Shown here piece by piece: positions 46,701 to 64,000 of a stretch of 64,000 bases of DNA. The notes beneath the pieces are model-generated. The model worked only from the letters and a program-made list of their open reading frames with translations, had not been told where the DNA came from and made no database searches. The translations under genes were made by a program, and so were the position numbers. The first letter of the stretch is position 1. Each line of letters starts with the position of its first letter. This DNA comes from Lama guanicoe. Lineage: Eukaryota. The stretch spans positions 1,514,485 through 1,578,484 of the forward strand of contig MU053431.1 in assembly GCA_013239625.1 (NCBI GenBank), written 5' to 3'.

Positions 46701-49700
46701 AACAGATGTTTGGTCTGGTTCAAAACCATCCTGGGTGGGGGCCTTACCAGTGCCTAGCACGTGCAAGGGAGCTTGGGAGGGCAGCCTCCCACCCAGTGTT
46801 GGGCCCAGAAACCCAGAGCGGGCTGCACCCTCAGGTCAAGGCCACTACCGTGGCACATCCGCCCACCCCTCTGATTGTGAGGGAGGAGGGCACCGGCCAG
46901 GTCAGAGGGAGGGTGCCTGGGGGAGACGTGGAAGTGCAGGAGGCCTCAGGTAAGGGGACCTGGGGCCCAGGCCCGGCCAGGACAGCAGGGAGGGAAGGAG
47001 GGCAGCGGGAGGCTGTGTCAGGCAGATACCCAGCGTCCCAAGAGGCCCGGGATGGGGCCAGGTGAGCCCTGACCCCACGGCAGCTGTGAGGCAGGCCTGC
47101 CTGGAGAGAGCGCCCACCGGAGGAGGGCGCGTGGGCCCTGGGCCCAGGCAGAGAAGCCGGCCTAGCAGGGGCAGGACCGCCCCTGGAGAGCGGCTGGGCT
47201 CAGCAGCCCCACACAGCGGCCGGCCTGGCTTCCCCTGCCTTGTCTCCTCGGGTAATTTCCCGGCTGGCCTTTTGGCTCCCACACACCTGGGGCCTCGTCC
47301 GCAGGCTGCGGAGGCCCCCGGCACGCTCCCCCACCCGCCAGGCCGCTGCCCAGGGCCCGTCCGAGCTCTGCCGCCCAGCTCGCCCAGTTCATTCTGGTCA
47401 CTGCAGCACAGATGTCTCTGGTCCCACCAAGTCTGAAGATCTGACCCCAGCTGGTTTCGTGGATCTGACTTTGAGGTGTTCCTCTATCTTTCCTTCCTTG
47501 TAAGTGTTTTACATATAAATTCAGTCCTCACGACCCACAGTTTCCAGGTGGCAATTCTGAGAGCTGGTGAGAGGCGGGGCTGCGATCTGTGCCCCAGTGG
47601 GCGGTCTGGGCACCGGCCCCCTCGGCCCCTGGACCCTGCCCCCACCGGGGGGCCCTCCTGGCCCTGGCGGGTGAGCTGGGATCAAGGCTGCTCCTACACC
47701 GTTTTCTCTGGGCCCCCTTTCTGAGCTCAGCCTGTGTTGCCAGTGATGCTATGACAGACCAGGCCAGCCAAGAGAGGGGCCCCTGCTTTCACCCCCGCCC
47801 CACCTCCCACTCCACAGGAGCCAAGGTGTGAGGGAAGAGGACGCCCTGTGGGCCGCTGGCCGGCACAGGAGGCCCAGGCTTGCAGACCCCCTGCTTTCTG
47901 AGCTCAGGTGCAGTTACTGAGGGGTCGGGGCACAGGTGACCCCTGCGTCTCCCCAAGCCTGCCCACCGCTCTCACTCGCTCTCAGAAGTGCCCCTTTAGA
48001 ATCAGGGACCCACACTCCCTTCCCCTCGAGACGTGCTCACAGAAAGAGAAACTGCTACTTTTTAGACAGTTTCGAGCATCTGATAAAGTTCCTTCACTTT
48101 GTAACTAAAAACCCCCAGCCAAACAGAGAAGGGCTCCTGTCTCATCTGAAGACCACCCAGTCCCAGCCAGGGGCCCAGCGAAAGGGCGGCTGGAAGTGGG
48201 ATCAGACTGTCTGAGCTCCAACGGCTGCCGCTGCCAGGAGCGTGCGGGCAGTGTCTCGTCCAGCTGGCCCCACCCCCACCCCGGCCTGAGCAGGGGGCCT
48301 GGCACATCGCAGGCCCTTGTGCCTACCTGCTGAATATGTGGGTGGTCCTAGGTACCTCGTCCCACCAAGTCCCTGCCAGGCAAAATGAAACCCCCGAATT
48401 CCAGCGGTCCTGGGGCTGGTCTCAGCAAGGCCTCTGGTTCCTCTCCAGGCTCCAAAATCAATGACAGGAACAAACTGCCAGATGCTACACTGAAATTGCT
48501 TTAACTTGGACCACAAGGTGGCTGCTGACCAAGACAGCAACTAAGAGCCCAGGCCCTTTTGCAGAGCCGTCCCTGTGCGGGCCCTCCAGGACGGCGAGGG
48601 AGACGTCTCTGCTCCCAGCTGAGCCGGCAGCATCCTGGCCTTGCCTCCCGCCGTGCTAGTGCTGGGGACGCTAGTGAGGGCTGGTGTCCTGTGTCCCCAA
48701 ATACACGTTCAAGTCGCAACCCCTCTTGACTGTGACTACGACCACATTTGGAAATGGGGTCTTTGTAGGTGTAATCAGGTTAAGATGAGGTCATTAGGGT
48801 GGCCCTGACCCAGTGACTGGGGTCCTCATGAGGCGAGGGAAACACCAGGTGAAGACACTCAGAAGAAGCTGTGTGAAGACAGGTGAAGACTGGAGCATCA
48901 CAGCCACAAGCCCAGGACACCCGCGCCAGGTAGGGGAGGCAGGAAGGATGCCCCCCAGAGCCCTCACAGGGGCCCAGCCCCGCCCCACCCTGACCGCAGG
49001 CCCATGGCCTCTAAGACTGTGCGAGGAAACCTGCTGCTGTTTTAAGCGGCCAAGTGTATGATGCTTTAGTCACGGCAGCCCCGGCCTCCCACAGGGAGGA
49101 GGGGGCGCTGATGTGACGGCGGAGGAGGTGCAGGGGCCTGGCAGGGGCAGAGAGAGCACCTGAAGGCCTGTTTCCGACCCAGCCGAGGAAGCCCGGAAAC
49201 CTGGTGTGCTCCTGAGTGTTAAGGGCCCACCGCGTTGAAATGAGAAGAAACTCTGGGTTAGAAGTTCTGGGGAGGAAAACACGGATTCTGATGATCTGCT
49301 CACTGGCTTAGTGAAAAAAGCCACACCAGACTGTGCCCTGGGTGTGAAACACGAACGCCCCACCATGGACCAAGCCATGAGTGCTCCCTGGGCAATGTGG
49401 ATGTAACTAGCGTCTCCGGTGACCCGGCCCCGCCACTGCCACCCTTGAGGAGCTGTTCCCATTCACCCGACCTCACAACAGCCCCTCCAGGAGGTAGTGC
49501 TTAATGTAAACCTATTTCACACAGAAGCAAACTGAGACTCAGAGGGGCCACGCTACCTGCTCAAAGTGGAGCTGGAATTCCAACCCGGTCTGTTCCTAGA
49601 ACCTGTATCAAACCACCGCGCTCGCGACACAGGCCTTGGAAAGAGAACCTCAGAATTCTCTCCGTTCCCCGAAACAACTGAACTTCCAAGTCCACAGCCT

Positions 49701-52651
49701 GTAGCTAGCAGCCCTCTTTGCGAGACCAGCCACCCTCCTGCACTCAGCAGTGACTGCCAGTAGCCCCCTCCAGGCCTGGGGAGCACAGAGACACGGACAG
49801 CCCCACCCTGGGAGCCCAGTCTGTCAGGGGAAGGGCAGTGACGCTCAGACACAAGGGCTGGGCCCTGCGCTGGGCTGCAGAGCCTGAGGGGCATATTCTG
49901 CATGGGCAGGTGTGGCCCTGAAGAGGAGAGAGATACCTGAACAGGATTTGAAGGCCAAGTTGGAGGGAGGGCAGGAGAGGGCTCACTGTACAGGTGGGGC
50001 CAGGCGAGCTGGAGGGAGACGGGGATCAGGGAGGGCACAGTGGGAACGCTGGAGGGCACCCAACTCACACCACATCCCAGCTGGTCCCCATGTCCTCCAG
50101 GGCGCTGGCCCTGCACGCTCTCCAGAAACAGCGTGAGCACCCTTGCCAGGCCAGGCTCCTGGTTCCCGCTTCATCGCAGCATCCACCCTCCTGGAAGCCC
50201 TTCCACAAGAACGGCTCCGTGGGGCTGGATGCTGGCCTGTCTGGTTCACAGGACCTGGCCCACAACAGGGGCACCTACAGTGTTTGCTGACAGTCTGTCC
50301 AGCACCACACACAGGACCCAGGACTGCGACAGGAAGACAAAGCTGCACAGTGTGGGCTGGCTGCAGGTCCTTGCACCATAGGCCTGGCCCTGGAGTGGCA
50401 CCGAGTGGCTGGAACAAGGCCTGGCATGATGAGGGGACCGTCCCCTGGCTGACAGCCGCCAGCCAAGAACAGGCTGGCCTTGGGCTCCGTTTTTAAAGTG
50501 GTCTGATTTCCATCAAGAAAATAGTCTTCTTGACACCAGTCCCGTCAGATAAGCAGTTCCGTCTCCCCAGGGACAAGGGGAGGGTGGTGCCTGGCTGCCA
50601 CATTTGGGGCAAGCTGATCCCTCTGTCCCAACAGGCCCCCAACCCTCCCTGGAGCCTTGGCCAGACCTGGGGACAGGGTCAGGCCACGGGCATCCTCGCG
50701 GCCTGTGCAGGAGGCAGCTGCTTTTCTTATTCCACCCATGAAGCGTGACAGCGGCCTCAGGACCATTCAGAACTCTGAATGCAAAGTCAAGGAGTCCGGC
50801 CAGAAGCACCGTATTCTGGACTCAACCCTCCCAACCAGAAGTCCCTCAGAAGACCCATCACTTTGACCCTCCTGAGGGCCAGGGGTGTGAGGCAACTGCA
50901 GCCAGTGCAGCTGGGATGACCTCCAGGTAAGGAGAGCCACCTCTGGACACCAGGGAACTGTGGTGGCTTCGAGGTGTCAACCACCCCCGGGGGGCACCAA
51001 GCTGCAAGACTCTGCACTCAGCCCCTCCCTGCACACCGCCAGGGCCTGTCCCAGAGCGAGCCTGTCCAGAAGCTGTGTCCCCAGACAGTGGCCCTTGAGA
51101 AGGGACTTTGGCGAGCAGCCAGTCCTGGTCCCAGACCCAGGAACCACGTCACTCCTCAAGGAGAAGGTAGGGGAGCAGTGCTCAAGGGTACGGGAAACTG
51201 GAGCTTTGCAGGTGGCTGTGACAGGGTCTCTGGGCGAAGAATGTGCGGTGTCCAGCAGCCGCACTCACCCTTGTCAGGGGGCACAGACAAGAGGGGCAGA
51301 ACTCGGGGAGGGGGTGTCACTCTAAGATGGGCTGAGGGGTTCTCAGAAATGCAATCAGGGCAGGGGCAGTAACTGCAACCTGGGATGTGACAGGCCCAGG
51401 GACCTGAGCTCAAGGGGACAGTGGGGGCAGGGACTGGCGGCGGGGGCTCCAATGACCAGCGGCTGGGAGGTCTGGCCGGCTGCAGGAGACTGTGAGGCTA
51501 GACGTCACAATGTGGGGAAGCTCCCTGGCCCACACGGAGCGGGTCACCCAGTTCAGAGAAGCAGGGGAGCGTGTGGGGATGTTTGTGAGTCCCTGCGTCC
51601 ATGGGACTGATCAAAGTGGTTGGGGAGGGGGTGTGTCCAGAGCTGACAGGGCTCTGTGTCTGGGGGCTGATAAGAGCTGAGGGAACCCTGACCCATGTTC
51701 AGGGACTGACAAGATTAAGAGAACCCTGACCCTACATTCAGGGGTGGCAGAATTAAGGAGACCGTGGCCCTTAACTCTGGGGACTAACACGGCCCAAATG
51801 AGACCTTCACATCCGCGTCCAGGAGTGGTGACAGAGCCCCTGAGGACCCTTGGCTCTGACATCTCAGGCTGATGGGGCCCGGGCAAGACTCCCTTCCAGG
51901 GCTGGCAAGGCCCAGGGTGCCCCAACCCCCTGTCCCTTGTTGACAGGGCCAGAACACCCCAACTGTGAGTCTGTGGCTCACCTACTGATCTCCAAGTTCT
52001 ATGCCGACAGGCCACCGAACCCTGAGTCAAGGGCTCATCCGGATCCCCTAGAGGTCACCTGAGCCCCACAGTATGAGCTGAGCCCGCCCCCCACCAGCTG
52101 CTGTGCTGGTGGCCCCCAGGTCACCCCCACCCTGTGCTCTAGGCTGTCAGGCCCCGGGGCCACCCTGCCCAAGCTGGGCCCCAGGTGATTCCACCAGGTG
52201 ACCCCAACCCCTGCGCTGACCCAGCCCCGGGCCCGCCCGCCCGCAGGTGACCCTGACGGCACTCACCTCTGGCGCTGCCCGTCCAGGCCCAGGCCCAGGC
52301 CCAGGCCCAGGCCCAGGCCAACGGGGGCGGGCGCGGGGCTGAGCAGGCCCTGGGGCGCCGAGGCCCTGCTCGCGGGACCGGGCAAGGGCAGGCCGGAGGG
52401 CGGCGCGGGNNNNNNNNNNNNNNNNNNNNNNNNNNNNNNNNNNNNNNNNNNNNNNNNNNNNNNNNNNNNNNNNNNNNNNNNNNNNNNNNNNNNNNNNNNN
52501 NNNNNNNNNNNNNNNNNNNNNNNNNNNNNNNNNNNNNNNNNNNNNNNNNNNNNNNNNNNNNNNNNNNNNNNNNNNNNNNNNNNNNNNNNNNNNNNNNNNN
52601 NNNNNNNNNNNNNNNNNNNNNNGGGGACCCACCCGCCGCGGCCGCGGCCAT
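40583..52651 (-). CDS. CABLES2: CDK5 and ABL1 enzyme substrate 2 (cyclin-box protein), 10 coding exons
   Basis: Exons 52267-52651 (N-gap 52410-52622), 45296-45367, 45099-45191, 43685-43762, 42921-43029, 42348-42513, 41886-41989, 41630-41736, 40850-41054, 40583-40723; [69 protein letters not shown]. Confidence 0.98.
40850..41054 (-). CDS. CABLES2: CABLES2 exon 9
   Basis: [69 protein letters not shown], 205 nt. Confidence 0.97.
41630..41736 (-). CDS. CABLES2: CABLES2 exon 8
   Basis: [35 protein letters not shown], 107 nt. Confidence 0.97.
41886..41989 (-). CDS. CABLES2: CABLES2 exon 7
   Basis: [35 protein letters not shown], 104 nt. Confidence 0.96.
42348..42513 (-). CDS. CABLES2: CABLES2 exon 6
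   Basis: [56 protein letters not shown]|GTAG, 166 nt. Confidence 0.93.
42921..43029 (-). CDS. CABLES2: CABLES2 exon 5
   Basis: [36 protein letters not shown]|GTAAG, 109 nt. Confidence 0.95.
43685..43762 (-). CDS. CABLES2: CABLES2 exon 4
   Basis: [26 protein letters not shown], 78 nt. Confidence 0.95.
45005..45092. repeat. 39-bp tandem repeat, ~2.25 copies
   Basis: GGCCGCCAGGTTCGGGGCGTGGAGGGCCGCCCCGGCCTC / GGCCGCCGGGTTCGGGGCGCGGAGGGCAGCCCTGGCCTT / GGCCGCCAGG. Confidence 0.9.
45099..45191 (-). CDS. CABLES2: CABLES2 exon 3
   Basis: [31 protein letters not shown], 93 nt. Confidence 0.95.
45296..45367 (-). CDS. CABLES2: CABLES2 exon 2
   Basis: [25 protein letters not shown], 72 nt, CAG/GTAAG flanks. 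Confidence 0.93.
48672..49090 (+). mobile_element. MLT1B/C-like solo MaLR LTR (~410 bp) in CABLES2 intron 1
   Basis: TTTGGAAATGGGGTCTTTGTAGGTGTAATCAGGTTAAGATGAGGTCATTAGGGTGGCCCTGACCCAGTGACTGGGGTCCTCAT..TGTTTTAAGC..CACGGCAGCC. Confidence 0.85.
49465..49620 (-). mobile_element. MIR
   Basis: CCTCACAACAGCCC..CCTATTTCACACAGAAGCAAACTGAGACTCAGAG..GGAATTCCAACCC. Confidence 0.65.
52267..52651 (-). CDS. CABLES2: CABLES2 exon 1 (contains N-gap)
   Basis: aggATGg MAAAAAGGS[gap][49 protein letters not shown]|GTGAG. Confidence 0.92.
52284..52319 (-). repeat. Coding hexamer microsatellite (GGCCTG)6 = (Gly-Leu)6
   Basis: Six perfect CAGGCC units on the + strand within CABLES2 exon 1. Confidence 0.92.
52410..52622. 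other. Assembly gap (213 N) inside CABLES2 exon 1
   Basis: N run; its length is an estimate because it does not preserve the reading frame. Confidence 0.95.
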
Positions 52652-52659
52652 CCTCCGAC

Positions 52660-53200
52660 TGAGCTCGCCGGCCGCCCGCAGCCGCCGCCGCCGCCCGCGC
52701 ACGCGCCGGCGCCCTCCACCCATTGGCCGGGGCGCGCTTGCATGCAAATAAGCCGCCGCCGCGCCCGCCCATTGGCCAGTGAGGCGCCATGGTCGAGGCG
52801 CCCTGGGCGGTCCGCCCGGCTCGGAGGCAGCTCCCCTGGGTCCTAGAGGCGGTTCTGACGCGGCCCGGGGGACCCGGGAACCGCGCGTCTGCCAGCCGGG
52901 CTGCCCCGCGGGGCCTGGCTCGCGGCAGAGCGGCGGCGGCGCCGAGGGTTCGTGTCCCTTCCTCGGAAGCCGCGGCCCGGGGGCGCAAGTGCCTTGTTCC
53001 ACTATCTGGGCTGCGGCGTTCGTGGCCAGCCGCCTTTGAGCCTCGTCTTCAGGCTCCAGCGCACTTCCTCTATGCGGGTGTGTGTCTTTGCGGGGGAGCT
53101 GGGGTGCGGGGGCTGGAGCTGTGCCCTCCGCCGCCTGGGCGGTCCCTTGAAGAGGGATCCCCCGGGCTCCTGGGAATGGCCGCCGTGCCACCTGGCCTCT
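52660..53200 (-). promoter_or_regulatory. CABLES2 CpG-island promoter with two CCAAT boxes and an octamer
   Basis: ATTGG at 52722 and 52771, ATGCAAAT 52742-52749, YY1-like CGCCAT 52785, dense CpG. Confidence 0.75.
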
Positions 53201-54407
53201 CTCACTGAAGAGGAGACCGCGGGTCTGAAGGGAGACGGCACCTGCCACAGGCTGGTGGGGCCGGTGCTGGGCCTTCAGCCCCAGGTAGGGTCCTGCACTT
53301 CCCAAAGCAGCAAACGACCTTGAGTCTGCGGGTTGCCAGGCCTCAGTTCGTCTGTCTTCTGTATCCAGGACCAACTTCACGCTCACGTGCTGCCTTCTGG
53401 AGCCCCCAGGAGCCCACCTGTGTTTTGCGGGCAGGGTCCTGCAGCCACCTCTGTGCCACTGGCCTGCTCTGTCCAGCGCTCTGCCGGCAGGTTTACTTCT
53501 CCCTTCAAGTGAGGACAGTGCTCGCGACCTCAGGGTATTGTTAGGACCGAGCTGCCTCAGCTAGGACAACCCCAGCGCCGGGTCTGCGGTGTGGCTGGAG
53601 ACCTGGCACGTGACCTGTGGTTCGCTCCCGCAGCTCTGCATGGAACCACACATGGCACACACGTTTGTCTCATCTGTGCAGGTGCTGGGGGTGCATGTAG
53701 GGTGGGGCAGACACAGCCCTGGTCTGCGGAGCTCCTGTCTGCCTGGAGGAGGCTGGCATGGACGTGCAGCAGGGAAATGAGGCAGAGTGTCCGGGTGGCA
53801 TCACCATCATTGACGAGGGCTCCAGGGGCTGGCCCTGCTGGCCAGCTGCTGCTAGTAGGAGGACCCGGAAGGTGGCGGGGGGCTCACACACGGGTGGCTA
53901 GTAGTTGAGCTTATAAAAGGGACGATGGGTGTCACCTGTTTGTGCCCCTCAGCCCCCAAACCATGCTGTCTGCTGCATGACAAGGGAGCCAGGCCGTGCA
54001 GACTCCTCCGCTGCCAGCTGGTGCTGTGTTGGGGGTGCTGCAGGGACAGTGGGGAGGGATGTGGTCCTCTTCCAGGTTCTGTGCCCTCTCGCCAGGCGCT
54101 TGGAGACTTGGCTTCTTCACCACCCTGGATGCCCACGAGCCAAACCTGGCCTACGTGACAGATGTGAATGGAGCACACAGGTTTTGTTTTATTTTATTTC
54201 AGAAAAATCAGAGCAACCTTTAACAATTGGAACTTTGCATACCCCCCTCCCCCTGGATTTCCCTCTTGGGAATTTAGTCTCTCTGACCTCTTGGGCCAGC
54301 AGGCAGACGGGCCACAGGGAGTGAGGTGGGGAGCAGTGGCTCTTTTTGTCAGGCCTGCACCCCCAGTTTGCCCAGCTACTGCCCGGTGTCCTGCCTTTGC
54401 CTCGGAA

Positions 54408-54545
54408 GGGCAGTTCTCAAACTTCACCCACAGGGAAATTGCCCCTGGAAGCTTCTTAAAACACGGATTCCCAGGCCCACCCCAGGATCCTGATTCAGTG
54501 AGTCTGGAGTGGATCCAGGAACCTGTTTAAGCTCCTCCCACTGAG
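54408..54545. mobile_element. MER5-like hAT-Charlie fragment
   Basis: CAGTTCTCAAACTT..CTTAAAACACGGATTCCCAGGCCCACCCCAGGATCCTGATTCAGTGAGTCTGG. Confidence 0.65.
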
Positions 54546-54922
54546 GCGCTCTGAGACCTGCCCTCCTAAAGCAGAATATCCCCAAGTGCCAAGGGTGGAA
54601 GCTGTGCTGTGGTCGCGCAGGGCTGACAAGTCAGGGGCAGGTGTGGGGCCAGGGGCTCAGAGCTGTTAGGGAGGAGGGGGCTCTGCGTGGAGGCTGCTGC
54701 GTGTTCTGGGTTCCATTCCCTGCAGCCCTCCCCAAGTGTTCTCTGGTCCCTGTAATGGTCTGCAAATGCGACTGGTTTGGGCCCTGCCCTTCAGAATGGG
54801 AGTGACCTACCCACCCTTGGACGCACTTAAGAGCCTCTTGAGTCACCTGCCCAGGAAGGCAGAGGCCTGGTGGACCCCCGACCCTGCCAGCTGCCAGCTA
54901 CACACGCCCTCCTTCTTGACGC

Positions 54923-54928
54923 TTTATT
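54923..54928 (-). terminator. RBBP8NL polyadenylation signal AATAAA
   Basis: First minus-strand AATAAA I found after the stop (~590 nt downstream), followed by a GT-rich tract (GGCGTGTGT). Confidence 0.75.
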
Positions 54929-55519
54929 CTGGCTCTCTGCGACCCCTCTCTGCAGAAGGCCCTGCACCCTCACTGTCCAGTGCCTGCCTCTGGGACTCCA
55001 TGAGGGGGCGCCCGAGACTACCCCTCAGAGCTCCATGCCTGCCAGGGATGGGCGGCCAGGCACGCAGGGCCCTGGGGGTCCGGGAAGCCAGCGGAGTGTG
55101 TGTTGCCCGGAGGAGTAGGGAGCTGCCCGGGAAGGGCTGCCTCTGCTCAGCAGGGGCGGGGATGTGGCTGGAGCCTGAGCCGTCTGGGCTCCGCTCCACC
55201 AGCACCAAGTGAGCAGATGCTGGGGTAAGGGTGGGCAGCAGGGCCATTTATGAGATGGGTGGAGACGGAGAGCTTTGAAAGACCAGCCAAAGGCCACCCA
55301 CTTTGGGCTTCCCAACCCTTCTGGACGTGAGACAGGACCCAGTCTACTCCCCCACTGCTGGGCTGGTGGTGTGGCCTGTCCTGGCCACGGGCAGTGGGTG
55401 GGGAGCCCACCTGGGCAGGCTGTGGTGCCCCTGGGTCTCTTCCCAGCTGCTGTTGCTGGGTGAGAGGCTGCTGTCCTCGGGATCCCTCGGGCTCCTGGCT
55501 CCCCTAGGTTCCTTCTTCC

Positions 55520-63724
<8,205 letters not shown>

Positions 63725-64000
63725 GGTTCCCCACAGCCCTGGCCCGGGCCCCTCTGTGCTCAAGCTTCAGGGACGGCCGCTCAGCCTCTACTGCCCCTCT
63801 GCTTCCAGCCTGTGGAGCAGGAAGAGGGGAGATGGTCACATGGGCTCAGGAAGGGCCTGTGAGTGCAGGGGCCACTGCCCAGAGAGCAGGTGAGTGCTGT
63901 CCCGTCCTGTGGGCCACCCCCTGCCACCCCAATGGGTCATGTCCACACCTGAGGGGGCACGTAGAGGGGTGGGACATTCTCACTGAATCTCAACCCCCAA

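Noticed and set aside
51683-51790. CRISPR-like palindromic repeats
   Set aside because: Mammalian intron, only 2-3 degenerate adjacent units, no unique spacers and no cas genes.
52267-52651. Apparent frameshift in CABLES2 exon 1
   Set aside because: The frame discrepancy falls across an N-gap whose length is an estimate.

Overview
This is a GC-rich mammalian genomic window, not prokaryotic, so almost all six-frame ORFs are noise. It holds the conserved syntenic block LAMA5(-) / RPS21(+) / CABLES2(-) / RBBP8NL(-), human 20q13.33 order. I traced LAMA5 exons 1-8 (start codon in an N-gap, exon 8 runs off the left edge), the complete 83-aa RPS21, all 10 CABLES2 coding exons (exon 1 interrupted by an N-gap) and 13 RBBP8NL coding exons. 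Junctions are GT-AG with consistent phase, except where the gaps prevent checking. Three tRNA-derived SINEs, two with an ACCTAATTAYCTCCCC tail, resemble the camelid Vic-1 family, suggesting camel/alpaca/llama. Old L1, L2, MIR, MLT1 and MER5 relics are also present. I found no evidence for a new multi-gene system. Best leads: (1) RBBP8NL is truncated by an apparent CGA>TGA stop, with the ancestral tail still readable, frameshifted, in the 3'UTR; (2) an RBBP8NL splice acceptor appears lost and rescued in frame; (3) coding repeat expansions in CABLES2 ((Gly-Leu)6) and LAMA5 (Ala9); (4) an NMD-immune RPS21 intron-retention isoform and tightly convergent RPS21/CABLES2 3' ends; (5) AT>GC erosion in repeats and conserved codons. 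Comparisons with human proteins and repeat consensus sequences are from memory and need alignment.
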